From NCBI RefSeq assembly GCF_934476685.1, contig NZ_CAKSNX010000005.1, forward strand, positions 23,116-87,115: 64,000 bases of DNA. Reading direction: 5' to 3'. Source of the stretch: an uncultured Ruminococcus sp. Lineage in GTDB: Bacteria; Bacillota; Clostridia; Oscillospirales; Ruminococcaceae. The notes under the pieces were generated by a model. It did not search any database, was not told the origin of the DNA, and saw only the letters and a list, made by a program, of their open reading frames with translations. Below, piece after piece: positions 27,304 through 37,885 of the stretch. The position numbers were made by a program, and so were the translations under genes. Position 1 is the first letter of the stretch, and each line of letters opens with the position of its first letter.

Positions 27304-28557
27304 CTAGGACGTATAGCCAAATGCTAATATTTGTCCCATGGTTTCTTCATCTCCGTCTGCCATGGAGATCTCTACCCTGTATTTCGTGTCCTCAGGCATC
27401 ATCGCAATGTTCTGCACCTGCGCATTTCCCCAACCGTTCGGACTTACCGCCTCGTATACACTGTCATCATATTCCTCTCCGTCTGCCGTCACCTTAACGT
27501 GCAGTCCACCGTATGATCCCGCCTGTACCTCCTTGTATATCATGTACAGGAACTTTGCCTCGATCTCAAATACTATCGGGTCATTTCCTGCGTCACGCTG
27601 ATGCGTCCAGCCGTTGGTGAACGTCGCTATGTCCGTTCCCTTCTCCCAGCTGCCCATCTCTATCGGCTCTATTCCGTCATTTTCCACCATGTGTGCGTCA
27701 ACTTCCCTCGGCGAGTATACGTCCTCCATCGGCATCACATATTCACCCTCAGGTTCAACGTCCATCACCGTGTCAAAGTAATAATCTACCATCGACGCAA
27801 CAAGCTTGTGTCCCTCAACGTTCGGGTGCGACTGATCGTCAGAAAAATCTTCCCACTTCATTCGTCCGTTGGCAAATAAATACCTCAGCGCATCACAGTA
27901 AGATATCATCGGTAAATTGTACCCCGTGCCTATCTCCTTCATGTAATCCTGCGCAGAGTGATCCTCCGCCGTCACAGAAAACAGCAGAACTACCGCTATG
28001 TTCTTCTCCAGCAACGTCTTTACAATAGATTCGTATGCGTTCTGATAGTCAGGCTCACTGCCGTCATTTACCGCAAATTCAATGAATACCACATCAGGAT
28101 CATATGCCAGCACATCTCTGTCAAGCCTTAAAATTCCAAGCTTTGACGGAGTTCCGCTCAGCCCCGCATTGTGATACTTTACATTGTCCCCCGTACCAAA
28201 CTTCTCCGCAAAATGCTCATACGTCAGCTTTGCGTAACAGTCATCAGGACCAGCCGAAATGCCCTCCGTTATCGAACCGCCTAAGTATGCAATGGTCACA
28301 TCTTCCCCTGCCTGCGCACGTTTTATAACGTCCTGCATCATCGAGGTGTTTCCATAGGATACCATAGCCTTGTCCAGCATAGCCTGATTCCATTCCTCAT
28401 CAGTTTCAGGGAGCTTCTCAGCCTCCGAGCTTTCCGCAGCAGAACTATCCGCCTTGCCCGAACTGCTCTCGCTCTCACTTCCCCCTGCACAGCCTGCCAT
28501 GCAGCAAATCGCCATAGCGCAGGCAGTCAGCATAGCCGCAAATCTTTTCATCTTCAT
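27304..28557 (-). CDS. SGNH/GDSL-family hydrolase lipoprotein (probable carbohydrate esterase)
   Basis: Lipobox MAGC|AGG. SGNH blocks AYLGGSITEG, GLSGT, FAVNDG and DQSHPN. Confidence 0.75.
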   Translation of the reverse strand: MKMKRFAAMLTACAMAICCMAGCAGGSESESSSGKADSSAAESSEAEKLPETDEEWNQAMLDKAMVSYGNTSMMQDVIKRAQAGEDVTIAYLGGSITEGISAGPDDCYAKLTYEHFAEKFGTGDNVKYHNAGLSGTPSKLGILRLDRDVLAYDPDVVFIEFAVNDGSEPDYQNAYESIVKTLLEKNIAVVLLFSVTAEDHSAQDYMKEIGTGYNLPMISYCDALRYLFANGRMKWEDFSDDQSHPNVEGHKLVASMVDYYFDTVMDVEPEGEYVMPMEDVYSPREVDAHMVENDGIEPIEMGSWEKGTDIATFTNGWTHQRDAGNDPIVFEIEAKFLYMIYKEVQAGSYGGLHVKVTADGEEYDDSVYEAVSPNGWGNAQVQNIAMMPEDTKYRVEISMADGDEETMGQILAFGYTS

Positions 28558-28619
28558 CTTAAATTTTCCTCTCTGTCATAACGTAAACGGTTTCAATTCC
28601 CGTAAAACACAAAAAGTAC

Positions 28620-28650
28620 GGTAAGAAACCGTACTTTTTGCTATGTGAAT
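28620..28650 (-). terminator. Rho-independent terminator (hairpin with A/T runs on both sides)
   Basis: Stem agtacggt/accgtact flanked by AAAA and TTTT. Confidence 0.65.
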
Positions 28651-28667
28651 ATAAATTTTTCCTAAAA

Positions 28668-29810
28668 TCAGTTGATAACAGCCTTCTCAGTTTCCTTGTC
28701 GAAGATGTGGATTCTGTTAGGATCAAGAGCAACCTGGATCTCATCCTGTGGACGAGCTGTTGATCTAGGTGAAACTCTAGCTGTAAGGTTGATACCCTCG
28801 CAAGTAAGATACAGATATGTTTCAGCACCCATCATTTCTGTTACTTCAACAGTAGCGTTGATAACGCCTGTCTTAGCAGCTGAAAGGAACATCTCCTCAT
28901 CGTGGATGCACTCCGGACGAACACCAAGAATAACTTCCTGATCTACCAGTGGCTCAAGAGCCTCAGCGTCAGCCTTAGCCTCAGGAACTTCAACCTGATA
29001 CTTAACGCCTCTTGAAGTCTTTGTATCCTCTGAACCGAACTCAACAACATACTTGCCGTCGATCTTGAGCAGCTTAGCGTCGATGAAGTTCATCTGAGGT
29101 GAACCGATGAATCCTGCAACGAACTGGTTAACAGGGTTCTGATAAAGGTTAGTAGGTGTGTCGATCTGCTGAATATAACCGTCCTTCATAACTACGATAC
29201 GGTCGCCCATTGTCATAGCTTCTGTCTGGTCATGTGTAACGTAAATAAATGTAGTACCGAGCTTCTTGTGGAGCTTTGAGATCTCAGTTCTCATCTGTGC
29301 TCTCAGCTTAGCGTCGAGGTTTGACAGAGGCTCGTCAAGAAGGAATACCTGTGGCTCACGAACGATAGCTCTACCCAGAGCAACACGCTGTCTCTGACCA
29401 CCTGAAAGAGCCTTAGGCTTTCTGTCGAGGAGGTGAGCGATGTCGAGGATTCTAGCAGCTTCCTCAACCTTTCTAGCAATCTCATCCTTAGGTACTTTTC
29501 TGAGCTTAAGACCAAATGCCATGTTCTCGAAAACTGTCATATGAGGATACAGAGCGTAGTTCTGGAATACCATTGCGATATCTCTGTCCTTAGGTGCAAT
29601 ATCATTAACGAGCTTGTCGCCGATGTAAAGCTCACCTTCACTGATTTCCTCAAGACCTGCGATCATTCTAAGTGTTGTAGACTTACCGCATCCGGAAGGG
29701 CCTACGAGAATGATGAATTCCTTATCCTTGATTTCGATGTTGAAGTCTGATACAGCGATAACACCGCCGGCATACTTCTTATAAATTTCTCTTAATGATA
29801 CACTTGCCAT
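28668..29810 (-). CDS. Sugar ABC transporter ATP-binding protein (MsmK/UgpC/MalK type)
   Basis: Walker [10 protein letters not shown], signature LSGGQRQR, Walker B FLLDEPLS and a MalK-like C-terminal domain. Confidence 0.85.
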   Translation of the reverse strand: MASVSLREIYKKYAGGVIAVSDFNIEIKDKEFIILVGPSGCGKSTTLRMIAGLEEISEGELYIGDKLVNDIAPKDRDIAMVFQNYALYPHMTVFENMAFGLKLRKVPKDEIARKVEEAARILDIAHLLDRKPKALSGGQRQRVALGRAIVREPQVFLLDEPLSNLDAKLRAQMRTEISKLHKKLGTTFIYVTHDQTEAMTMGDRIVVMKDGYIQQIDTPTNLYQNPVNQFVAGFIGSPQMNFIDAKLLKIDGKYVVEFGSEDTKTSRGVKYQVEVPEAKADAEALEPLVDQEVILGVRPECIHDEEMFLSAAKTGVINATVEVTEMMGAETYLYLTCEGINLTARVSPRSTARPQDEIQVALDPNRIHIFDKETEKAVIN

Positions 29811-29998
29811 TAAAAAGAACCTCCCTGTTGAAATTTTACTAATATAATATCTAACATCAAAATATCCATTAGCTACAATAATATAATAACAAATTTTACA
29901 GGTAACCGCAAGAGTTTTTTTAACTAAACTTTACTATATCTCATTATGTATATTGACGAAAAATAACTAAGCGTTACCATAAAAATACAATCTGGAAG

Positions 29999-30736
29999 CT
30001 ATCGTGCCAATAAATTTTCAACATCTTTGTGCATAATCTCCAAACACTCGCCCAGTGCCAAATTTGTGTCCAGCTGCATATCTCCGATAGCCGTCCGCTT
30101 GAGAAATATCACTTTATTGCCCAGCGTTCCAAACATTCTTTTGACCTGATGAAACTTTCCCTCGTGAAGAATAAGCGTGCATTCGTAAGGGTCACTGTCC
30201 GAGCCTTTGAACTCCGCCGGCAGACATTTTTCCCTGCCGTTGTCGCCGTCAATGGTCATTCCCTCAGCCATTATCTCGCCGTAGCTCTCCTCCCACGGCT
30301 TTTCCAGCCTTACAAAATAAGTCTTAGGCACATGGCTTTTTGGCGACAGCATTCTGTGTGAAAGCTCCCCGTCGTCAGTGATAAGCACAAAACCCTCCGT
30401 GTCCTTATCGAGCCTCCCCGCAGGGAAAAGCCCCTCACGCATAAGCTCCTGCGGCACAAGCTCCAGCACCGTTTTCGACTCTCCATCCTTCGTTGAGCAT
30501 ACCACGCCCTGCGGCTTGTTGAGCATTATGTAAACGTGTTCCCTGTAAACAAGCCTTTTTCCGTCTATAAATATCTCATCGTCAACGCTCACCTTAGCGT
30601 CCGAGCGAGCCATAAGCTTGCCGTTCACCATGACTTTTTTCTTTAAGCAGAGCTTTTTCACGTCCGCCCTCGAAATGCCGTATATCTGCGAAGAAACCAG
30701 CCTGTCAAGGCGCATCATACTGCCTTTTCCGCCCAT
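29999..30736 (-). CDS. RsuA/RluB-family pseudouridine synthase
   Basis: An S4 domain followed by the GRLDKDTEGFVLITDDG catalytic motif. The start may be the MMRLDRL methionine at 30718. Confidence 0.8.
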   Translation of the reverse strand: MGGKGSMMRLDRLVSSQIYGISRADVKKLCLKKKVMVNGKLMARSDAKVSVDDEIFIDGKRLVYREHVYIMLNKPQGVVCSTKDGESKTVLELVPQELMREGLFPAGRLDKDTEGFVLITDDGELSHRMLSPKSHVPKTYFVRLEKPWEESYGEIMAEGMTIDGDNGREKCLPAEFKGSDSDPYECTLILHEGKFHQVKRMFGTLGNKVIFLKRTAIGDMQLDTNLALGECLEIMHKDVENLLAR

Positions 30737-30737
30737 T

Positions 30738-32099
30738 TTACACGTCCTCCATGACCGATATCTCTTTTTTCTTTACATTAAGGAAGAATATGGTTCCAAG
30801 CGTTACAGAGCATATTTCCGCAATGATGAATGACCACCATACAGCGTCGATGTTGCCAGTTTTCGACAGCAGATAAGCCACAGGCAGCAGCACAACGAGC
30901 TGTCTTGCGAATGACATTATCATAGCGTAAACGCCGTGTCCAAGCGCCTGAAGAGATGATGAAAGAATGATTCCTGCGGACGCAATAACGAAGTGCAGAC
31001 TGATTATCCTCAGCGCAGGAACGCCTATTTCAAGCATTTTGCCGCTTGCCTCGAACATACCGAGGAGCTGTTTCGGGAATATCTGCATAACCAGCGTACC
31101 AACGAACATAATGAGCGCCGCAATAAGGAAAGCGTACTTCATCGTCGCCATTATACGGCGTTTCTTTCTCGCACCGTAGTTGTAAGCCATTATCGGTATA
31201 AGACCGTTGTTCAGACCGAAGATAGGCATAAAGATGAAACTCTGAAGCTTGAAGTATACACCGAACACCGCAACGGCAGTTTTCGAGAACTCAATAAGTA
31301 TCTTGTTGAAGCCGAAATTCATTATCGAGCTTATGGACTGCATGATTATCGACGGCAGACCCACCGCATATATCTTCTTTATGATAGACAAATTAGGACT
31401 ATATTGCTTTAAATTAATTGTTATCTCTTTGTTAAATTTTATGTTTAAAACCAGTCCAAGCACCGCCGCAGAGAACTGTCCGATAACGGTTGCGACCGCC
31501 GCACCTGTAACACCCATCTTAGGGAAAAATCCTACTCCGAAGATAAAGCAAGGGTCAAGAATGATGTTCACCACAGCACCCAATCCCTGAGTAAACATGG
31601 AGTAAACAGTCTTTCCCGTAGCCTGCAAAAGCTTTTCAAAGGTCATCTGCGAGAACAAACCAACGCCGAAAACAGTTATAACAGTAGTATATTCATCACC
31701 GTATTTGATTATTGCAGGGTCGCTTGTCTGCGCACGGTAAAACGTTTCAGTAAAGAATAGACCGAACACCATAAAGATGACGAAAGCCACCAGAATAAGA
31801 AAAATACCATTGTTTGCCGCCTGATTAGCACGTTTGAAATTCTTTTCGCCCAAAGATTTCGACAGCAGCGCATTGATACCAACACCCGTACCAGCACCGA
31901 TAGCGATCATCAGATTTTGGATAGGGAAAGCCATAGAAACCGCCGTAAGAGCGTCCTCGCTTATCTTCGCAACAAAGATGCTGTCAACGATGTTGTATAA
32001 AGCCTGTACCAGCATAGATATCATGATCGGTAAAGATATGCCGATCAGCAAACTGCCGACAGGCTGAGTACCCATTTTATTTTCTTTTGCCTGTTCCAT
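30738..32099 (-). CDS. MATE family efflux transporter
   Basis: 12-TM pattern with an N-terminal region (LIGISLPIMISMLVQALYNIVDSIFV) typical of MATE. Confidence 0.85.
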   Translation of the reverse strand: MEQAKENKMGTQPVGSLLIGISLPIMISMLVQALYNIVDSIFVAKISEDALTAVSMAFPIQNLMIAIGAGTGVGINALLSKSLGEKNFKRANQAANNGIFLILVAFVIFMVFGLFFTETFYRAQTSDPAIIKYGDEYTTVITVFGVGLFSQMTFEKLLQATGKTVYSMFTQGLGAVVNIILDPCFIFGVGFFPKMGVTGAAVATVIGQFSAAVLGLVLNIKFNKEITINLKQYSPNLSIIKKIYAVGLPSIIMQSISSIMNFGFNKILIEFSKTAVAVFGVYFKLQSFIFMPIFGLNNGLIPIMAYNYGARKKRRIMATMKYAFLIAALIMFVGTLVMQIFPKQLLGMFEASGKMLEIGVPALRIISLHFVIASAGIILSSSLQALGHGVYAMIMSFARQLVVLLPVAYLLSKTGNIDAVWWSFIIAEICSVTLGTIFFLNVKKKEISVMEDV

Positions 32100-32193
32100 A
32101 AATACATTTCCTCACTTATAGCTATAATTTTACTCTAACCTTTTTATTATAGCACACTCCGACACAATAATAGTTAAAAAACTATTAACTATT

Positions 32194-32490
32194 GTCTTCC
32201 CAGACGGGGTAATTCGCTACGCTCGACAAGCTCGCTGTCTGCTGTGCGGTCTGTTACTTTGCGCTCGGAAGAAACCGAGATATGGCTTTTACTGAAACCC
32301 ACTTTGATGAGGTCTTGTATCGGCTCTTTTCACTTTGATGCGGTCTAATGTGGATTTTCTCTCAACGTTTCCGTAGGGGCGACCTGCGGTCGCCCGCTTA
32401 TACCAATCCTAGCTTTCCTATACCTGCTGCAATTTTCAAATTACCTGCGGTCGCCCGCTTTCACTGAAACCCACTTTGCTAAAACCTATC
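32194..32490 (+). repeat. Modular intergenic repeat, copy C (M1 body + REP-like hairpin + half hairpin)
   Basis: gtcttcccagacggggtaattcgctacgctcgacaagctcgctgtctgc... ends in ccGTAGgggcgacctgcggtcgccc (32373-32395). A second half-site acctgcggtcgcccgc lies at 32443-32458. Confidence 0.85.
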
Positions 32491-32537
32491 GCTATCCCCA
32501 ATTACCTGCTATCACCACCCCCGCTCAAACTATCCGC

Positions 32538-33080
32538 CTATCCCATATCCTCTCCCCCAGCCAGCTTCTCCATCCAAACCATATCATATACCTTCCCGAA
32601 CTTCACTCCGCATTTGTGAAACCTGCCGCATATGCTGTACCCCATCTTCTCGTGAAAATGTACACTGCCCAACGTCAGATATTCGTCCTCTTCCACCGGG
32701 TATGCTATGCAGGCGTAAAAATTCGTTATCCCCTGCTGCGCCAAACGCCTCTCCAATTCGCAGTATAATGCCTTTCCTATGCCTAAACCATGCATACCAT
32801 CTTCTATGTAAATGCTCATCTCCGCACAGTGCGAGTATGCCGCCCTAGGGTGAAAACGTCCGCCGTATGCGTACCCCACTACCCTGCCGTCATATTCCGC
32901 CGCAATGTATGGGTATTCCCTCAAAGTCCCCTCTATCCGTCCGCTGAATTCCTCCACCGACGGTACATCATATTCAAAGGTTATCGCCGTCTTTTCCACA
33001 TAAGGCGCATATATCTCCAGAAAACGTCCTGCGTCCCCCACTGCTGCGTCCCTTATCTCTATTTTTCCCATAACTGTCAC
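32538..33080 (-). CDS. GNAT N-acetyltransferase (phosphinothricin-acetyltransferase-like)
   Basis: IR.A...D......IY..YV..T..TFE and the GNAT motif-A-like GLGIGKALY. Confidence 0.75.
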   Translation of the reverse strand: MTVMGKIEIRDAAVGDAGRFLEIYAPYVEKTAITFEYDVPSVEEFSGRIEGTLREYPYIAAEYDGRVVGYAYGGRFHPRAAYSHCAEMSIYIEDGMHGLGIGKALYCELERRLAQQGITNFYACIAYPVEEDEYLTLGSVHFHEKMGYSICGRFHKCGVKFGKVYDMVWMEKLAGGEDMG

Positions 33081-33160
33081 CCTTTTTCACCAAAATTTAC
33101 AACGCAAAAAAAATGTGCGGACTCCAAAGTTTCCCCCGAAGTGCCGCACATATTATCCTA

Positions 33161-34939
33161 TCAGTTTTCCTTAACGTCCTTTATGGCAATGGACAGCTCA
33201 TCAAGCTGCTTCTCGTCTACAACAGACGGACACTCGCTCATAAGTTCGCTTGCGTTCTGTACCTTCGGGAACGCTACTACATCTCTCAGCGACTCCGCTC
33301 CGCACATTATCATGGAAATTCTGTCCAGTCCTATTCCCATTCCGCCGTGAGGAGGCGCAGCATATCTGTATGCGTCCACAAGGAATCCGAACTTAGCCTC
33401 TATCTCCTCATCGCTCATTCCAAGCGACTCGAACATCTTCTGCTGAAGCTCATAATCTGTTATTCTCATTGAACCCGATGAAAGCTCCGTGCCGTTGAGT
33501 ACAAGGTCGAATGCCTTCGCCCTTACCTTTTCAGGTGCGCTGTCAAGATACTCTATGCACTCTTCCATAGGCATAGTGAACGGGTGATGAGCCGCAAGCC
33601 ATTCGCCTGTTTCATCGTCCTTCTCAAAGAACGGCATCTCTGTTATCCAAAGGAAGTTGTAACCCTCCTGTATCATTCCAAGACGCTTTCCGCAGATAAG
33701 TCTGAGCGCACCCAGTACGTTCAGCACTATCTTGTTCCTGTCTGCGCAGATAAGTACAAGATCTCCCTTTTCCGCACCAAGAGCAGCTGTTATCTTCTCC
33801 AGATCTCCCTCGCCTAAGAACTTCTTGAATGAGCAGTTCGGCTCGTCTGCCCAGCGAATGTATGCAAGACCTTTCGCACCGATACCCTTTGCGTGTTCGG
33901 TCAGCTTGTCTATCTCTTTTCTTGTGTATGTCTGTGCGCCGCCCTTTGCAACTATTGCACGAACAGAACCGCCGTTCTCGATAGCAGACTTGAATACAAC
34001 GAAATCAATGTCCTTTACCGTTTCTGTGATGTCCTGTATCTCCATGCCGAAACGTGTGTCAGGCTTGTCCGAACCGTATCTGTTCATAGCGTCCGCAAAA
34101 GTCATTCTCGGCAGCGGCAGCGGGATATCAACACCCAGTACGTCCTTGAAAAGTCTGTGTACAAGACCTTCGCCCATTTCAAGCAGATCATCAACGTCAA
34201 CAAATGACATTTCAAGGTCGATCTGTGTGAACTCAGGCTGTCTGTCCGCTCTCAGATCTTCATCTCTGAAACATCTTGCCAGCTGAACATATCTGTCATA
34301 ACCCGATATCATAAGCAGCTGCTTGTATATCTGCGGCGACTGCGGAAGAGCGTAGAACTTTCCCTTATGCACTCTCGACGGAACAAGATAATCTCTCGCT
34401 CCCTCAGGAGTTGACTTCATCATCATAGGTGTCTCTATCTCCAGAAAACCGTTCTCGTAGAAATAATCCCTCGCCGTCTTTGCGATCTTGTGTCTTGTGA
34501 TTATATTCTTCTGAAGCTTAGGATTTCTCAGATCAAGATAACGGTATTTCAGCTTTAGCTCATCATTTACCTTGTCAGAATTTGTTACCTCAAAAGGAGT
34601 AGTTTCCGCCTTTGAAAGTATTCTCAGCTCGCTTACCGCAACCTCTATCTTACCTGTTTTCAGCTTGTTGTTCACGCTCTCTCTGGGGCGTACCATACCC
34701 TTTGCCATAAGAACATATTCGCTCTTTACCAGCTGAGCCTTCTCAAATACCGCTCTGTCAGTTTCATCATTGAACGCAAGCTGAACAAGACCTGTCCTGT
34801 CACGCAGATTGATGAATATAAGGTTTCCCATATCTCTTACCCTGTCAGCAAAGCCGCATACAACGACCTCCTGCTCCGTTTCGGGTACTTCTCCGCAGTA
34901 ATGCGTCCTGCGCATACCTTTCATTGTGTCGAGTTTCAT
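33161..34939 (-). CDS. aspS: Aspartate--tRNA ligase
   Basis: OB-fold N-domain, class-II motifs (FRDEDLRADRQPEFTQID, GGMGIGLDR) and the bacterial insertion domain. Confidence 0.95.
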   Translation of the reverse strand: MKLDTMKGMRRTHYCGEVPETEQEVVVCGFADRVRDMGNLIFINLRDRTGLVQLAFNDETDRAVFEKAQLVKSEYVLMAKGMVRPRESVNNKLKTGKIEVAVSELRILSKAETTPFEVTNSDKVNDELKLKYRYLDLRNPKLQKNIITRHKIAKTARDYFYENGFLEIETPMMMKSTPEGARDYLVPSRVHKGKFYALPQSPQIYKQLLMISGYDRYVQLARCFRDEDLRADRQPEFTQIDLEMSFVDVDDLLEMGEGLVHRLFKDVLGVDIPLPLPRMTFADAMNRYGSDKPDTRFGMEIQDITETVKDIDFVVFKSAIENGGSVRAIVAKGGAQTYTRKEIDKLTEHAKGIGAKGLAYIRWADEPNCSFKKFLGEGDLEKITAALGAEKGDLVLICADRNKIVLNVLGALRLICGKRLGMIQEGYNFLWITEMPFFEKDDETGEWLAAHHPFTMPMEECIEYLDSAPEKVRAKAFDLVLNGTELSSGSMRITDYELQQKMFESLGMSDEEIEAKFGFLVDAYRYAAPPHGGMGIGLDRISMIMCGAESLRDVVAFPKVQNASELMSECPSVVDEKQLDELSIAIKDVKEN

Positions 34940-35003
34940 TTATTTGACCTTCCTTTCAAGCCTTGACCAAGCATTTTCCACGTCAGGCTTTTCATAATAA
35001 ACA

Positions 35004-35561
35004 TTATTTTGTATCGTCCCCACAGTCCGTGACCTCAGCGTCCCTTATCTCTTCCACGCCCCGATCACGTATCTCCGGCTCAGGAAATTCATCAAGATAT
35101 GCCCTGATGTACTTTTCGTTCCCGTCGCACAGCATAAGCAGAAATCCTGCCGCACCTATGCCGAGGAAAATATACGCTCCCTTCTGAGAACCTGCCGCAT
35201 ACGTTCCCACAGCGCAGAAAAGACATATGAGTACCCACAGCACAGCGATAACATACGCATATACAGGCTTTCTGAACCAGCCCTTTATGTGTGCGCCGCT
35301 CTCCGTCTTTGATACCCTGCCGTAAAATCCCGTAGAACCTCCGTCACGTCTTTTCATTCTGTGAAAATATACTTCAAAGCTGTCTGCGTCATGCCTGCCG
35401 TAATAAACGCTCTCCTGCCTGTGCATCTTCATGAACCTTGCGGTGGAAAGAATGTTTATGGTCGGCTTGTATTCCTGCAGATCGCCCTCTATCCTGCGCA
35501 TGACCTTTTTAGGAGTGAGCCTTGTGTCGAACTCATACTTTTTCGGAAAAATAACAAACAT
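35004..35561 (-). CDS. Hypothetical membrane protein (2 TM)
   Basis: ORF with ATGA overlap to the upstream gene. Two hydrophobic segments. No family recognised. Confidence 0.5.
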   Translation of the reverse strand: MFVIFPKKYEFDTRLTPKKVMRRIEGDLQEYKPTINILSTARFMKMHRQESVYYGRHDADSFEVYFHRMKRRDGGSTGFYGRVSKTESGAHIKGWFRKPVYAYVIAVLWVLICLFCAVGTYAAGSQKGAYIFLGIGAAGFLLMLCDGNEKYIRAYLDEFPEPEIRDRGVEEIRDAEVTDCGDDTK

Positions 35562-35902
35562 TATTTTTTCTCTCCAATATCTCCATTATCCGCCTTTTTC
35601 TCAACGTCAGGATACTGCGACGGATCAAATACCTTGTCGTTTATCTTTATCTGACCGCCCACCTTCGTGTTGAAAAGCATACCGTAGATCGTGCCGCATT
35701 TCGTGCATCTGAACTGGTGGAAGAACTTCTCCTTCACCCACTTGTTGTCCTTGTCCATAAGCTGATCTATGGGGCAGTTCTGATAAACTATCTCAGCGTC
35801 CCCCGAAAGCACCATTCTCGCCATAGAGCCTACGCAGAGTATATATTCCTGCGGTGTGTGTATATCCGTAACAGGCACCATTGAACACTGTTCACATCTC
35901 AT
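35561..35902 (-). CDS. Hypothetical small protein with two Cys pairs (possible zinc ribbon)
   Basis: CEQC...CTKCG. Sits 4 nt after the hisS stop. No family recognised. Confidence 0.5.
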   Translation of the reverse strand: MRCEQCSMVPVTDIHTPQEYILCVGSMARMVLSGDAEIVYQNCPIDQLMDKDNKWVKEKFFHQFRCTKCGTIYGMLFNTKVGGQIKINDKVFDPSQYPDVEKKADNGDIGEKK

Positions 35903-35906
35903 GATC

Positions 35907-37235
35907 TTACTCCTTTCCGCTGAACAGACTTACCATCTCATCATCAAGTCCCTTGAACATCTCTGCCACAAGAGCGTTTGAGAAATTGTCTGTAAAGCTG
36001 TCGTCAAGCTTTATGTCCGTCTGACTTCCGTCAGCCATATTCTTCAACCTTGCGTCACCCGTTTCGATCTCGTTGTCGCCCAGTACCATAACGAACTTTG
36101 CGCCGATCTTGTCCGCATATTTCATCTGCGGCTTGATGCCTCTCTCCACCAGATCGTATTCAACGAAAAATCCTTCGTCCCTCAGCTGCATGGTGAGCGC
36201 CATCGCCTTTGCCGCAGCAGCCTCACCCATCGAAGCGATGTACAGATCGCAGGTCTTTTCCTCCATAAAATCGCAGCCCTGATTTTTCATCGTGATGATA
36301 AGTCTTTCCAGACCCATGGCGAAACCAAGTGCAGGAGTTTTCGGACCGCCCAGCTGCTCGATAAGTCCGTCATATCTTCCTCCGCCGCATACAGTTCCCT
36401 GTGCGCCGATATCCGTCGTCACGAACTCAAATACCGTCCTTGTGTAGTAGTCCAGACCTCTTACTATCTTCGGATTTATCTTGTATTCTATCCCCATGAC
36501 CTGAAGATTTTTCTGCAGCTGCTCAAAGTGTTCTCTGCAGTCGTCACAAAGATAATCTATTATCAGCGGAGCGTCCTTTCCTATTTCCTGACATATCTCC
36601 GACTTGCAGTCAAGTATCCTCATCGGATTTTTTTCCAGTCTTTCTCCGCAGGTGTGGCAAAGCTCGTCCTTTCTCGCCGAGAAAAATTCCTTCAGCGCCT
36701 TGTGGTATTCCGCACGGCACTTCGGACAGCCTATTGAGTTGATGTTCAGCTCAATGTTCCTTACCCCCGCCCTGTCAAGTACGCTCTTCGCCAGCGAGAT
36801 GACCTCAGCGTCCGCCCTCGGCGACTCCGTTCCTACCATTTCGCAGCCGAACTGGTGGAACTCTCTCTGTCTGCCCTTCTGAACGTTCTCGTGTCTGAAA
36901 CATGAAAGGATATAGTATACCTTCTGCGGAAATCCCTCGTTGAGTATTCCGTTTTCCAAAACCGCTCTCATAGTGCCTGCCGTACCCTCTGGACGCAGAG
37001 TGAAGTTTGACTTTCCTCCTGCCGAAACAGTGTACATCTCCTTCTGTACCACGTCAGTAGTTTCGCCTACCGAACGTACAAAAAGTCCCGTATCCTCAAA
37101 AGTCGGTATCCTTATCTCTCTGAAACCATACTGTTCAGCCGTTTCAGAAACTATCTTCTCCACCGTGTGCCATCTGTAAGCCTCCGACGGAACAATATCA
37201 AACGTACCCTTAGGTCTTTTAGTTATCAATGCCAT
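35907..37235 (-). CDS. hisS: Histidine--tRNA ligase
   Basis: Pattern KGTFD...E..R.....YGF.EI.TP.FE, LRPEGT, and the GGGRYDGL motif. The ATG at 37235 lies 7 nt after GGAGG. Confidence 0.95.
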   Translation of the reverse strand: MALITKRPKGTFDIVPSEAYRWHTVEKIVSETAEQYGFREIRIPTFEDTGLFVRSVGETTDVVQKEMYTVSAGGKSNFTLRPEGTAGTMRAVLENGILNEGFPQKVYYILSCFRHENVQKGRQREFHQFGCEMVGTESPRADAEVISLAKSVLDRAGVRNIELNINSIGCPKCRAEYHKALKEFFSARKDELCHTCGERLEKNPMRILDCKSEICQEIGKDAPLIIDYLCDDCREHFEQLQKNLQVMGIEYKINPKIVRGLDYYTRTVFEFVTTDIGAQGTVCGGGRYDGLIEQLGGPKTPALGFAMGLERLIITMKNQGCDFMEEKTCDLYIASMGEAAAAKAMALTMQLRDEGFFVEYDLVERGIKPQMKYADKIGAKFVMVLGDNEIETGDARLKNMADGSQTDIKLDDSFTDNFSNALVAEMFKGLDDEMVSLFSGKE

Positions 37236-37252
37236 TTTTATTCCTCCATGTA

Positions 37253-37849
37253 TCAAATTTCAAAATCATCAATTAGTCCGTTTCTAATATAATAACCGAA
37301 TTTCAAGCATTCGTCAAGAGCTGTCATGCGACCTTTTTCGGTCTTGTACCAATTTCCCCTCTGCGTGCTGCCCCTGCCGGCAGGACAGGTTATTATCTCC
37401 TGCCTGAGAATTTTCTCTCCAAGCTTCTGCGCCCGCCGCATATGATAAGCCGTCGTCACAATAATAACGCTGCCGCATTGGGGATATTCCCTCTCTATTA
37501 TCTCTCTTGCGAACATAAGATTTTCCGCAGTAGTCTGCGACCTCGTTTCCGCATATATCCTCTCTCTGGGAATGCCGCACTTTTCCGCCGCCATAAGCAT
37601 AGCCTTGTACTCCGCCATTTCCCCCAGCATGGTCATCTGTACCTTTCCGCCGCAGAATATGAGCCTCGGCGCTTTCCCCTTATGAAAAAGCTCCGCCGCC
37701 AAAGGCACTCGATAATTGCAGGCAGTACGGCTGCCAAGAACGATAATTATATCTGCCGCCCTGCCGTCATATTCAAGCCCCTCGAACAGCAGCCTGTCAA
37801 CTATCTCATTGGATATATTATCTTTTGTGATCTCGCTGACCTTCATCAT
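37253..37849 (-). CDS. YdcF/DUF218 (ElyC/SanA-like) family protein
   Basis: DUF218 pattern IIVLG......R...A..L...G.AP.LIF.GG and VTTAYHM.RA. The ATG at 37849 follows AGGGG. Confidence 0.7.
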   Translation of the reverse strand: MMKVSEITKDNISNEIVDRLLFEGLEYDGRAADIIIVLGSRTACNYRVPLAAELFHKGKAPRLIFCGGKVQMTMLGEMAEYKAMLMAAEKCGIPRERIYAETRSQTTAENLMFAREIIEREYPQCGSVIIVTTAYHMRRAQKLGEKILRQEIITCPAGRGSTQRGNWYKTEKGRMTALDECLKFGYYIRNGLIDDFEI

Positions 37850-37885
37850 ACCGCCCCTGCCGCTTGATTTACGCAAATAAAAAAG

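Noticed and set aside
27099-27497. Short ORFs inside the repeat copies that share peptide strings such as GRSVNSLSAV. This one is in copy B; others are 14821-15093, 27105-27320, 40087-40359, 42244-42465, 42443-42745 and 42645-42917
   Set aside because: The shared peptides arise from the nucleotide repeat being read in whichever frame is open. Frames, strands and ends differ between copies, and no RBS or start is conserved.
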